DNA of 57,504 nucleotides, taken from the NCBI GenBank assembly GCA_012965075.1, contig DTSY01000153.1, forward strand, positions 3,728 to 61,231. The letters run 5' to 3'. This DNA comes from Gammaproteobacteria bacterium. Its GTDB lineage: Bacteria > Pseudomonadota > Gammaproteobacteria > Magnimaribacterales > Magnimaribacteraceae. Below are positions 29,544 to 38,175 of the stretch, piece by piece. Positions within the stretch are counted from its first letter, which is position 1, and each line of letters starts with the position of its first letter. A program made the position numbers and the translations under genes. The notes beneath the pieces are model-generated. The model was not told where the DNA came from, did no database searches, and saw nothing but the letters and a program-made list of their open reading frames with translations.

Positions 29544-30591
29544 GATCTTTATTAATTTCTTTTAATTTTTTAGTTCCAGGACACAGGTCCTTTTCATTTA
29601 ATTGATTTAAAGGCTTATCCACTACATTAAGTATCTCTTTTAGATCCTTAGCTTCAGTATTTATATAGAGCAAACCTGTTAATACCTTACCTTCCTCTTC
29701 CGCCTTATTAATTTTTGCCAATGAAGAAGACTTATTAGAAGGATCAAAATCTTTAGAGAGTTTTTCTAAAGAGATCAGTGAGCCATCATGTAGGGGAACT
29801 TGAACGCTCTCACCTTCATCATAACTTGCAGTTATTTCTTTACCCAAGGGTACAAAGTCTGTTTCAGAGACCGACTCATTGTGTTCTCTAATGTAATCAT
29901 AGCTTTTTGTGGAAGTGCTGTGATTATTGAAGGCAACACAAGGAGAAATGACGTCTAGAAAAGAGAAGCCTTTATGCTTCATGGATGCTTTTAAGAGCGG
30001 GATTAACTGGTTTTTATCACCCGAAAAACTTCTTGCTACAAAGCTAGCTCCAAGTTGGATAGCCATTGCTGCTAAATCTATTGGAGGAAAAAGATTATCT
30101 TCTCCATATTTACTTTTTGATTCCAGGTCATTTGTTGCTGAGAATTGCCCTTTAGTTAGTCCATAAGTTCCATTGTTCTCAACTATATACACAACATTCA
30201 ATTGTCTTCTAGCGGCATGAACAAATTGGCCTATGCCAATCGAGGCAGTATCTCCATCACCTGAAATTCCCAAATACATTAATTCATGATTGGCCAAATT
30301 TGCTCCAGTTGCTATGGACGGCATCCTTCCATGAACTGAATTAAATCCATGCGCCTGGTTTAAAAAATAAGCTGGCGCCTTTGAAGAGCAACCAATTCCT
30401 GATAATTTTGCTACACGATGAGCTGAAATATTAAGTTGAAAACAAGCTTCTAAAATTGCTGCACTTATAGAGTCATGTCCACAACCTGCACACAAACTAG
30501 AAATTGAGCCTTCATAGTCTCTTCTTGTGAGCCCAAGTTCATTTCGTTCAAGATCAGGGTGGTGGTTCTTTGGTTTTACTATGTAGGTCAA
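29536..30591 (-). CDS. korB: 2-oxoacid:acceptor (ferredoxin) oxidoreductase, beta subunit (TPP-binding)
   Basis: 351 aa. It has the CAGCGHDSI cluster/TPP region and the TPP motif GDGDTASIG...ENNG.YGLTKGQ. The start lies 1 nt after the korA stop. Confidence 0.85.
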   Translation of the reverse strand: MTYIVKPKNHHPDLERNELGLTRRDYEGSISSLCAGCGHDSISAAILEACFQLNISAHRVAKLSGIGCSSKAPAYFLNQAHGFNSVHGRMPSIATGANLANHELMYLGISGDGDTASIGIGQFVHAARRQLNVVYIVENNGTYGLTKGQFSATNDLESKSKYGEDNLFPPIDLAAMAIQLGASFVARSFSGDKNQLIPLLKASMKHKGFSFLDVISPCVAFNNHSTSTKSYDYIREHNESVSETDFVPLGKEITASYDEGESVQVPLHDGSLISLEKLSKDFDPSNKSSSLAKINKAEEEGKVLTGLLYINTEAKDLKEILNVVDKPLNQLNEKDLCPGTKKLKEINKDLS

Positions 30592-30592
30592 T

Positions 30593-32422
30593 TTATTTAC
30601 CTCCAGAGGCTGATTTCGAAGGACTACCTGTTATATGAGAGCTCATTTTGTTTGAGATAAAGTCTGCAGTTATAGGTTGACCGTCAAAACACAGGATAGA
30701 AACTAACTTATCTGGGATGATACCTCCTTCTGCCATAACCAGAGTTCTCATTTGACCATCCCTGTTTTGCTCTACTATAAAAAGTAAATCATGGTCTTCA
30801 ATGAATTCCCAGACTTCTAGGTTAAAAGGGAAAGCTCTTATTCTCATTGCATCGAGAACTATTCCTTCTTCATGGAGTTTATCCAGAGCTTCTTGCATTG
30901 AAGCTTCTGTGCTTCCAAAGTAAATGACTCCTAGAGGACTTGAATTTGTTTCTTGGTTAAAAATAGGACCTGGAACCATGTCAGATGCTGTTTGATATTT
31001 TTTGAGCAGACGAGATAAGTTTCTTGCATTCACTACTCCATCTTCAGTATATCTAGCATATTCATCATGGGATGTTCCTCTAGTAAAATATGCTCCTTTC
31101 TCTGAATGAGCACCTGGATAGGTTCTATAGGGTATGCCATCTCCATCCACATCTAAATACCTTCCAAAATTCTCAATTTCTTCCAAATCTTTAGCATGAA
31201 GAACTTTTCCTTTATCATAGGTTTTTGAGTCATCCCATTCAAACTCCGGGCAAGACCAGTCATTCATTCCCAAATCTAAGTCAGAAAGAATAATAATTGG
31301 TGTCTGGATTCTGTCTGCTAGGTCAAAAGCTTCCGCTGCAAATTCAAAACATTCTTTGGGGTTTGAGGGGATCAATAAAACGTGCTTGGTATCACCATGA
31401 GAAGCATAAGCACAAGACAAAACATCTGATTGTTGAGTCCTAGTAGGCATTCCAGTAGAAGGCCCACCTCTTTGGATATCGAAAACAACCAAAGGAACTT
31501 CAGCAAAATAGGCCAAACCTAAGAACTCGCTCATAAGGGATATACCTGGACCGCTTGTTGCTGTGAAAGCTCTTGCTCCATTCCAATTGGCACCTATAGC
31601 CATACCAATAGCTGCTAATTCATCTTCAGCTTGAATGATGGCATATTTATTTTTGTTTGTTTCCTCTTCTATTCTTAGCTTCTCACTATAATCAGTAAAA
31701 GCTTCAGCTAAAGAGGTAGATGGTGTTATTGGATACCAAGCACATACAGTTGCTCCACCATAAACACAGCCAAGTCCAGAGGCATCATTGCCACTTGTTA
31801 AAATCATTCCTTTTGTTTTTTCGGATTTATTGACTTTAATTTCACAGCTTCCTTTCAGATTTTCTGAAGCATAATCGTATCCAATATTAAGTGCCTTTAT
31901 ATTTGGGGCTATCAGTTTTTCTTTACCTTTAAATTGTTCAGCAATAAGAGTTTCATAGATTTCCTTATCCATTCCTAAAAGGTAAGAAAGCGCTCCCACA
32001 TAGACAATATTTTTAAATAAAAGCCTTGTTTTGGGGTTAGAAAATTCTTCAACACAAAGTTTTGTAAGAGGGATTTCAATGATATTTATGTCTGTTCTTT
32101 CAAAGTCCCTTTTCCAGGAAGAGTCATAAATTAAATAGCCCCCAGAATTTATTTCTCTAAGATCTTCGTTATAGGATTGAGGATTCATAGCTACAGCTAT
32201 ATCTACTCCTTCCGTTCTCCCTAGATATCCTTTTTCACTAATTCTTACTTCAAACCAAGTAGGAAGTCCTTGAATGTTTGAGGGAAAAATATTTTTAGGA
32301 CTCACGGGTACACCGGATCTAAAAATTCCTTTAGCAAACATCTGGTTTGCACTTGCAGACCCAGAGCCATTCACATTTGCAAACTTTATTACAAACTCAT
32401 TAGTGCTTACTATCTGGGTCAT
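30593..32422 (-). CDS. korA: 2-oxoacid:acceptor (ferredoxin) oxidoreductase, alpha subunit (fused gamma+alpha domains)
   Basis: 609 aa. It has N-terminal VNGSGSASAN..FAK (gamma-like domain) and central YPITPST / ATSGPGISLM pyrimidine-binding domain motifs. This is the two-subunit KorAB architecture without a delta ferredoxin subunit. Confidence 0.85.
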   Translation of the reverse strand: MTQIVSTNEFVIKFANVNGSGSASANQMFAKGIFRSGVPVSPKNIFPSNIQGLPTWFEVRISEKGYLGRTEGVDIAVAMNPQSYNEDLREINSGGYLIYDSSWKRDFERTDINIIEIPLTKLCVEEFSNPKTRLLFKNIVYVGALSYLLGMDKEIYETLIAEQFKGKEKLIAPNIKALNIGYDYASENLKGSCEIKVNKSEKTKGMILTSGNDASGLGCVYGGATVCAWYPITPSTSLAEAFTDYSEKLRIEEETNKNKYAIIQAEDELAAIGMAIGANWNGARAFTATSGPGISLMSEFLGLAYFAEVPLVVFDIQRGGPSTGMPTRTQQSDVLSCAYASHGDTKHVLLIPSNPKECFEFAAEAFDLADRIQTPIIILSDLDLGMNDWSCPEFEWDDSKTYDKGKVLHAKDLEEIENFGRYLDVDGDGIPYRTYPGAHSEKGAYFTRGTSHDEYARYTEDGVVNARNLSRLLKKYQTASDMVPGPIFNQETNSSPLGVIYFGSTEASMQEALDKLHEEGIVLDAMRIRAFPFNLEVWEFIEDHDLLFIVEQNRDGQMRTLVMAEGGIIPDKLVSILCFDGQPITADFISNKMSSHITGSPSKSASGGK

Positions 32423-34437
32423 TAATAAATCTTAGCTTCCTCATAAAGATAAGTCTGCATATCCCATGCCCCAGTAGGGCACCTTTCAGCACAAAGTCCG
32501 CAGTGCAGGCATATGTCTTCATCTTTTACCATCACTCTCTGAGTCTGTATTAGTTTGTCTGACACAAGTAAATCTTGATCAAGATTTAAGGCTGGGACTC
32601 TCAAGTTGTTCCTTAAGTCTTCCTCATTAGAGTTATCAATAAAATTTATACAATCTACTGGGCAAATGTCTTCACAGGCATCACATTCAATGCACAGGTC
32701 TTCAGTAAATACAGTTTGTACGTCACAATTGAGGCATCTTTGGGCTTCTTCAAAAGCCATTTTTTCGTCAAAACCTAGTTCAACCTCAACCTTTAAGTTT
32801 TTTAAGGATATGGATTGGTCTGCATGAGGTACCGGAAATCTTTTAGCTTGCGAAATATCGTTATCATATGACCATTCGTGAACACCCATTTTTTGAGTAA
32901 CAAGGTTAGCAGTTGGTTCAGGTCTTTCGTAGAGATCGAGATCATTAAAAAATTTATCAATAGAGATAGCAGCTTGATGGCCATGCGCTGCAGCCCATAT
33001 AATATTTTCAGGCCCCCAGGCAGCGTCTCCACCAAAGAAAATTTTAGGATGAGTTGATTGGAATGTAACCTTATCAATAACAGGCATATCCCATTCACCA
33101 AATTCAATTCCTATATCTCTTTCAATCCAATCAAAAGCATTATCCTGTCCAATTGCAACCAGGACATCATCACATTCAAAAATTACAGGGTCTTCGCCCG
33201 TAGGAACCAATGATCTTTTACCGTTATCATCAAAAACGGCATCTACCTTTTCAAACTCCATGCCTACTAGTTTTCCTTCGTTTAATAGAAACTTTTTAGG
33301 TACATGATTTTCAAATATAGGAATATTCTCTTCCATAGCTTCTTCTATTTCCCATTCGGAAGCTTTCATCTGATCAAAAGGACTTCTTACAACAACTTTG
33401 ACGTCCTCGGCTCCTAAACGTAGAGAGGATCTGCAACAATCCATAGCCGTATTTCCTCCTCCGAGTACTATTACCTTTTTTCCTACAGAGTCAGTATGTT
33501 CAAAAGCAATACTTGTTAACCAATCTATACCAATATGTATATTTTTTGCTGCGTCTTGCCTGCCTTCAACATTAAGGTCTTTTCCTCTAGGAGCGCCTGT
33601 TCCAACAAATATGGCATCAAAATCCTCTTCAAGTAACGATTTCATGCTTGCGATTTCAGAATTGAATTTCATTTCAATACCCATATTGATAATTTGGTCT
33701 ACTTCATCGTCTAAAACTTCAACAGGCAATCTAAATGCAGGTATATTAGTTCTCATAAGTCCGCCTGCTTTATGGTCTTTTTCTAATATTACGCACTCAT
33801 GACCTCGGACAAGAAGATCTCTAGCTACGGTAAGTGAAGCTGGACCTGCTCCGATAAGGGCAAGTTTTTTACCAGTTTTTTCTTCTGGAACTTCTGGCAA
33901 AAGATGAGTTATATCTTCCTTATAGTCATAAGTAACTCTTTTGAGTCTACAGATTGCTACTGGTTTTTCATGAGATCTAGTTCTCCTGCAAGCCGGTTCA
34001 CATGGTCTATCACAAGTCCTTCCTAGAATGCCCGGAAAAACATTAGATTCCCAATTGATCATATAAGCTTCTGTGTAGTTTCCTTGAGAGATTTGTCTTA
34101 TATATTCAGGAACCGGAGTGTGAGAAGGGCAAGCGTACTGGCAATCTACTATTTTATGGTAATACTGAGGGTTATTGGCATCAGTAATGGGCATAAAAGT
34201 TTCTACAGCAGTACTTGTTTCTTCAATTTTATGATCTTCTAGGGGTGCTTGGTTTGTTAACTCTATTTTTTCCTTTAAGGAATCAATAACTGACCATCTT
34301 AAGTCTTGGGCTTCTTCTAGATTATGGGTTTTTAGAGATTGTCTAAGGTCATAGCCAAGTTGATTACGCAAAGTTCTTGGAACTGCAACTTTTACCCACC
34401 AAGTATTATGTCTTTTAAAAAGGTAACGAGTATCCAT
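32422..34437 (-). CDS. GltD-like (glutamate synthase small-subunit family) NAD(P)H/FAD oxidoreductase with a C-terminal 2x[4Fe-4S] ferredoxin domain and an atypical N-terminal extension
   Basis: 671 aa. The GltD-like core starts near aa 96 (CPSHTPVPEYI...GRTCDRPCEPAC). It has two Rossmann motifs (LALIGAGPASL and VIVLGGGNTAMD), GGDAAWG, and two ferredoxin motifs (CIECDACEDICP and CLHCGLCAERCP). The stop overlaps the korA ATG as TAATG. An alternative start is ATG 34194. Confidence 0.8.
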   Translation of the reverse strand: MDTRYLFKRHNTWWVKVAVPRTLRNQLGYDLRQSLKTHNLEEAQDLRWSVIDSLKEKIELTNQAPLEDHKIEETSTAVETFMPITDANNPQYYHKIVDCQYACPSHTPVPEYIRQISQGNYTEAYMINWESNVFPGILGRTCDRPCEPACRRTRSHEKPVAICRLKRVTYDYKEDITHLLPEVPEEKTGKKLALIGAGPASLTVARDLLVRGHECVILEKDHKAGGLMRTNIPAFRLPVEVLDDEVDQIINMGIEMKFNSEIASMKSLLEEDFDAIFVGTGAPRGKDLNVEGRQDAAKNIHIGIDWLTSIAFEHTDSVGKKVIVLGGGNTAMDCCRSSLRLGAEDVKVVVRSPFDQMKASEWEIEEAMEENIPIFENHVPKKFLLNEGKLVGMEFEKVDAVFDDNGKRSLVPTGEDPVIFECDDVLVAIGQDNAFDWIERDIGIEFGEWDMPVIDKVTFQSTHPKIFFGGDAAWGPENIIWAAAHGHQAAISIDKFFNDLDLYERPEPTANLVTQKMGVHEWSYDNDISQAKRFPVPHADQSISLKNLKVEVELGFDEKMAFEEAQRCLNCDVQTVFTEDLCIECDACEDICPVDCINFIDNSNEEDLRNNLRVPALNLDQDLLVSDKLIQTQRVMVKDEDICLHCGLCAERCPTGAWDMQTYLYEEAKIY

Positions 34438-34609
34438 ACCTATTATTTTTTAATCTCCCTTTTAGTTAACTGTACCTTACTTTGATTCGTATGGTACATA
34501 AAAAAACCTATATTGAAAGCTTTTTGTACAAAATGTTTATGTATCTTTTTATATAAATTAGGTCTTTACAAATCTTTAAAAATATAATAAAGGTACATAT
34601 ATTAAAATC

Positions 34610-34637
34610 TTGACAAAATTAGTCGGGATTATAGAAT
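34610..34637 (+). promoter_or_regulatory. candidate sigma70 promoter of iscR with an IscR type-1-like half-site in the spacer
   Basis: TTGACA (34610-34615), 16 nt, then TAGAAT (34632-34637). The spacer holds TTAGTCGGGAT, resembling the ..TACTCGGGAAT / ACCCGACTAAA element I recall in the E. coli iscR promoter. The -10 ends only 10 nt before the iscR ATG, so this is tentative. Confidence 0.35.
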
Positions 34638-34647
34638 ACCCATCATT

Positions 34648-35097
34648 ATGCGCTTAACTACAAAAGGAAGGTACGCTGTAACTGCTTTATTAGATCTTTC
34701 TTTATACCAATCGGGTAAAAAGTTTATTTCAATTTCTCAAATAGCATCAAGACAAACAATGCCAGTTTCCTATTTAGAACAATTGTTTAGAAATTTGAGG
34801 AGAGCAGGTATTGTTGAGTCGGCAAGAGGACCAGGCGGAGGATATAGACTAAGCAGACCGAGTACGGAAATTAATGTTTCAGAAGTAGTGGCGTCTGTAG
34901 AAGATAAAATGGATGCTACTCAATGCGGAGGAGCAACTGATTGTAATTCAGGAAAAAGATGTCTTACGCATGATCTTTGGACAGAGCTAAACGAACAAGT
35001 GGATAGCTTTTTATTAAATAAATCTCTGCAAGATGTAATTAAAAATAAAAGGACTTCTTTATCTAGGAAGCAAGAAGGGTTAATTGTTACAGGTTAA
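34648..35097 (+). CDS. iscR: Fe-S cluster assembly transcriptional regulator IscR (Rrf2 family)
   Basis: 149 aa. It has [38 protein letters not shown], and the cluster ligands C..(5)..C..(5)..CLTH. Confidence 0.93.
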   Translation: MRLTTKGRYAVTALLDLSLYQSGKKFISISQIASRQTMPVSYLEQLFRNLRRAGIVESARGPGGGYRLSRPSTEINVSEVVASVEDKMDATQCGGATDCNSGKRCLTHDLWTELNEQVDSFLLNKSLQDVIKNKRTSLSRKQEGLIVTG

Positions 35098-35099
35098 TT

Positions 35100-36317
35100 A
35101 TGATTAAGCTGCCAATATATCTAGATCATGCTTCTACTACTCCTGTTGACCCTAGGGTAGTTACCAAGATGCAAGAATGCCTTTCCCTAGAAGGGAACTT
35201 TGGTAATCCTGCTTCTAGATCTCATCAATTCGGATGGAAAGCTGAAAAAGCTGTAGAGGAAGCAAGGGAAAATGTTGCTTCTTTATTAAATTGTGATCAT
35301 AGAGAGATTGTGTGGACCTCTGGAGCCACCGAAGCAGATAATTTGGCGATTAAAGGGGCTGCCAGGTTTTATAGGAAGAAGGGTAATCATATTATTACCT
35401 CAAAAATAGAACACAAAGCTGTTTTAGATAGCTGTAGGCAGTTAGAGAGAGAAGGCTTTGAAGTTACCTATCTAGATCCTAAAAGATCTGGAATTATCAG
35501 TCCTGAGTCGGTGTTAAATGCAATTACAGAAGAAACAATTCTTGTTTCAATTATGCACGTAAACAATGAGATTGGAGTAATTAATGATATTGAGGCTATA
35601 GGTGAGGTTACTAGAAAGAAAGAAGTTCTTTTTCATGTAGATGCTGCACAAAGCACAGGAAAAGTTTTAATAGATTTGTCAAAGTTGAAAGTTGATTTAA
35701 TGTCTTTTTCAGCCCATAAGACTTATGGGCCAAAAGGAATAGGTGCTTTGTTTGTTAGAAGAAAACCAAGAGTAAGATTGGAGGCACAGATTCATGGAGG
35801 TGGCCATGAGAGAGGCATAAGATCTGGAACCCTACCAACTCATCAAATCGTTGGAATGGGAGAGGCCTTTAGACTAGCTAAGAAACAGATGAATTCAGAT
35901 AATTCACGTATCAGAGCTTTGAGGGACAGATTTTGGCAAGGCTTACAAGGAATGGAAGAAATTTATTTAAATGGAGATTTGGAAAGAAGAGCTCCTGGTT
36001 TTTTAAACGTGAGTTTTAACTTTGTGGAAGGAGAATCATTGATAATGGCTTTAAAAGACATAGCTGTTTCGTCAGGTTCTGCTTGCACTTCTGCAAGTTT
36101 AGAACCCTCGTATGTACTAAGGGCTCTAGGGCTTAAAGATGAGCTTGCTCATAGTTCAATTCGTTTTGCCTTAGGAAGGTTTACTACAGAGGAAGAAGTT
36201 GATTACACAGTTAATTTAGTAAGAGAGTCAATAGTACAATTAAGAGAACTTTCCCCGCTTTGGGATATGTTTAAAGACGGTGTTGATATGGATAAAGTAG
36301 AATGGGTTTCACATTAA
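35100..36317 (+). CDS. iscS: cysteine desulfurase IscS
   Basis: 405 aa. It has [15 protein letters not shown], the PLP Lys in [17 protein letters not shown], the active-site loop SSGSACTS, and the C-terminal SPLWDM. Confidence 0.97.
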   Translation: MIKLPIYLDHASTTPVDPRVVTKMQECLSLEGNFGNPASRSHQFGWKAEKAVEEARENVASLLNCDHREIVWTSGATEADNLAIKGAARFYRKKGNHIITSKIEHKAVLDSCRQLEREGFEVTYLDPKRSGIISPESVLNAITEETILVSIMHVNNEIGVINDIEAIGEVTRKKEVLFHVDAAQSTGKVLIDLSKLKVDLMSFSAHKTYGPKGIGALFVRRKPRVRLEAQIHGGGHERGIRSGTLPTHQIVGMGEAFRLAKKQMNSDNSRIRALRDRFWQGLQGMEEIYLNGDLERRAPGFLNVSFNFVEGESLIMALKDIAVSSGSACTSASLEPSYVLRALGLKDELAHSSIRFALGRFTTEEEVDYTVNLVRESIVQLRELSPLWDMFKDGVDMDKVEWVSH

Positions 36318-36329
36318 GGGAGGATAGGA

Positions 36330-36734
36330 ATGGCATATAGTAAAAAAGTAATAGACAAGTTTGAAAAAACTTTAAGAGAACCAGAAAAAAATAGTGTAGG
36401 AAGATGGGATCCTTCTGAAGAAGATGTGGGCACAGGCATGGTTGGCGCACCAGCGTGCGGCGATGTTATGAGACTACAGATTAAATGTGAGTCCAAGGGT
36501 GATTCGCACATCATAAAAGATGTTAAATTTAAAACATATGGCTGTGGCTCTGCTATAGCTTCCTCTAGCGAAATTGTAGATATGCTGATAGGTAAAACTC
36601 TAGAAGAAGCCCGAGATATTAAGAATGTAGATATCGTCAAGGCGTTAGACTTGCCTCCAATCAAAATTCATTGCTCAGTTTTAGCTGAAGATAGTATTAG
36701 ACAAGCTATTAAGGATTATGAAACTAAGGTTTAG
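36330..36734 (+). CDS. iscU: Fe-S cluster assembly scaffold IscU
   Basis: 134 aa. It has MAYSKKVIDKFE, GAPACGDVM, KTYGCGSAIASSS and LPPIKIHCS; the last is the HscA-recognition LPPVK motif, retained as LPPIK. Confidence 0.96.
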   Translation: MAYSKKVIDKFEKTLREPEKNSVGRWDPSEEDVGTGMVGAPACGDVMRLQIKCESKGDSHIIKDVKFKTYGCGSAIASSSEIVDMLIGKTLEEARDIKNVDIVKALDLPPIKIHCSVLAEDSIRQAIKDYETKV

Positions 36735-36753
36735 AGAAAATTAATTTTAGTAA

Positions 36754-37110
36754 ATGAATCTCCCAAAAACCTTCGACCCCGGTAGTTTTACTATGTCGAG
36801 TGCCGCTATAGAGCACTTCAAGAACAGTCGTTCTTTAGAAAAGGGAGATATGGGAATAAGGTTTTCTGTAGAAGAAGCTTCAGGTTGTTCTGGGTATAAC
36901 TATGCCATGGATTTCGTTGAAAACCATGCGGATGAAGATTTTGTTTTTAATTGCGAAGACTTAAAAGTTTATATTGATCCTCAATCTTTCACCTATCTGA
37001 AAGGTACAAAAGTAGATTTTGTGTCTGAAGGCGTTAATGAAGAAGTGAAGTTTTTAAATCCAAATGTAAAAGCAGTCTGTGGTTGTGGAGAAACCTTTGA
37101 AATAGATTGA
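36754..37110 (+). CDS. iscA: iron-binding A-type carrier IscA
   Basis: 118 aa. It has SGCSGYNY, KF.NPNVK and the C-terminal CGCGETF. The start could instead be the internal Met at 36793. Confidence 0.9.
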   Translation: MNLPKTFDPGSFTMSSAAIEHFKNSRSLEKGDMGIRFSVEEASGCSGYNYAMDFVENHADEDFVFNCEDLKVYIDPQSFTYLKGTKVDFVSEGVNEEVKFLNPNVKAVCGCGETFEID

Positions 37111-37129
37111 TAAACATATTTCTTTTTTC

Positions 37130-37155
37130 TATCCATATTAAATATCCATATTAAA
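37130..37155 (+). repeat. perfect 13-bp tandem direct repeat (TATCCATATTAAA x2) abutting the fdx start codon
   Basis: Read directly: 37130-37142 and 37143-37155 are identical. One A follows, then the ATG of fdx at 37157. Confidence 0.95.
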
Positions 37156-37156
37156 A

Positions 37157-37495
37157 ATGACAAAAGTTAAAGTTTATCCTCATGAAGAAATCTGCCCGGA
37201 AGGAGTAGAACTGGAAATCGCCTCAGGAGAGTTTCTTTGCGAAACTCTTTTAGATAAAGGAATTCCAGTAGAGCATGCTTGCGAATTATCCTGTGCTTGC
37301 ACGACGTGCCACGTTATTGTCAGAAAAGGATTTACTTCTTTGGAAGAAGCTACAGATTCGGAAGAAGATATGTTAGACAAAGCGTGGGGGCTTGAACCAG
37401 AATCTAGATTGAGCTGTCAAATAGTTATTGGCTCTGAAGATTTAGAGATAGAACTCCCTAAATACACAATTAACATGGTTTCTGAAATTAACTAA
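37157..37495 (+). CDS. fdx: ISC-system [2Fe-2S] ferredoxin
   Basis: 112 aa. VEHACE.SCACTTCHVIVRKGF..L....D.EEDMLDKAWGLEPESRLSCQ is nearly identical in pattern to E. coli Fdx. Confidence 0.93.
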   Translation: MTKVKVYPHEEICPEGVELEIASGEFLCETLLDKGIPVEHACELSCACTTCHVIVRKGFTSLEEATDSEEDMLDKAWGLEPESRLSCQIVIGSEDLEIELPKYTINMVSEIN

Positions 37496-37502
37496 GAGAT
37501 TT

Positions 37503-37697
37503 ATGAAGTGGATTGATATAAATGAAATAGCCATTGAGCTGATAGAGAATTATCCAGAAATAGATCCTAGAAATATTCTTTTTACAGACTTACATAAATG
37601 GATTTTAAGCCTAGAAGATTTTGAAGATGAGCCTAATAGATCAAATGAACAAATCTTAGAAGCTATCCAAATGGCTTGGATAGAAGAATTAGAGTAA
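37503..37697 (+). CDS. iscX: Fe-S assembly protein IscX
   Basis: 64 aa. [21 protein letters not shown]....[28 protein letters not shown]...W.EE parallels E. coli IscX (YfhJ). Confidence 0.88.
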   Translation: MKWIDINEIAIELIENYPEIDPRNILFTDLHKWILSLEDFEDEPNRSNEQILEAIQMAWIEELE

Positions 37698-37756
37698 CTA
37701 TTTTTTGGGTTAATAAGTATAATGCCGCGCCAAAAGCGGTATCCAAGAGGAAACTG

Positions 37757-38161
37757 ATGCAGACTACTCTTTCAATAATTAAACCTGACGCCGTCCAAAA
37801 AGGCTATACAGAAGACATTTGTACTAGAATCAAAGAAAGCGGACTAAAGATTATAAGTAAAAGACAAGTTCTACTAAGCAGTGAACAGGCTGAGGGCTTT
37901 TATGATGAGCATAAAGGGAAGCCTTTTTTTGAGGCTTTAATTAATTTCATGACTTCAGGGCCTGTACAAGTTCAAATTCTGGAGGGCCTTGATGCTATAT
38001 CCAAATATCGATCGTTGATGGGTAATACAAACCCAAAGAAAGCCAAACCAGGAACATTACGACATGATTTTGCGGAGGCAATTGACGCCAATGCGGTTCA
38101 TGGTTCAGATTCATTAGAGTCAGCAGCAAGGGAGATTGCCTACTTTTTCCCTGAGCATTAG
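37757..38161 (+). CDS. ndk: nucleoside-diphosphate kinase
   Basis: It begins [13 protein letters not shown] and contains GFY.EH.GKPFF..L..FMTSGP and N.VHGSDS (catalytic His). The ORF-track start at 37676 overlaps iscX and adds 27 non-homologous residues. An AGAGGA RBS precedes ATG 37757. Confidence 0.93.
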   Translation: MQTTLSIIKPDAVQKGYTEDICTRIKESGLKIISKRQVLLSSEQAEGFYDEHKGKPFFEALINFMTSGPVQVQILEGLDAISKYRSLMGNTNPKKAKPGTLRHDFAEAIDANAVHGSDSLESAAREIAYFFPEH

Positions 38162-38175
38162 GTTAAGAAGGGAAT

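Noticed and set aside
32802-33107. 101-aa same-strand alternate-frame ORF inside the GltD-like gene
   Set aside because: It is embedded in a conserved domain-coding region of the main frame. There is no independent evidence such as motifs or a start context.
21492-34437. Idea that tRNA-Lys to the integrase-like fragment delimits a 13-kb genomic island
   Set aside because: The interval contains core, syntenic genes (hinT, bepA, bcp, dapA-bamC-purC). The integrase-like segment is only an N-terminal remnant facing the wrong way. I could not find a repeat of the tRNA 3' end by eye.
36314-36664. 116-aa ORF antisense to iscU
   Set aside because: iscU on the plus strand is unambiguous and near-identical in pattern to E. 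coli IscU. The antisense translation is low-complexity with no motifs.
37676-37756. N-terminal extension of ndk suggested by the ORF track (start 37676, overlapping iscX)
   Set aside because: The 27 extra residues have no counterpart in Ndk proteins. ATG 37757 gives the canonical [13 protein letters not shown] start and is preceded by an AGAGGA RBS.
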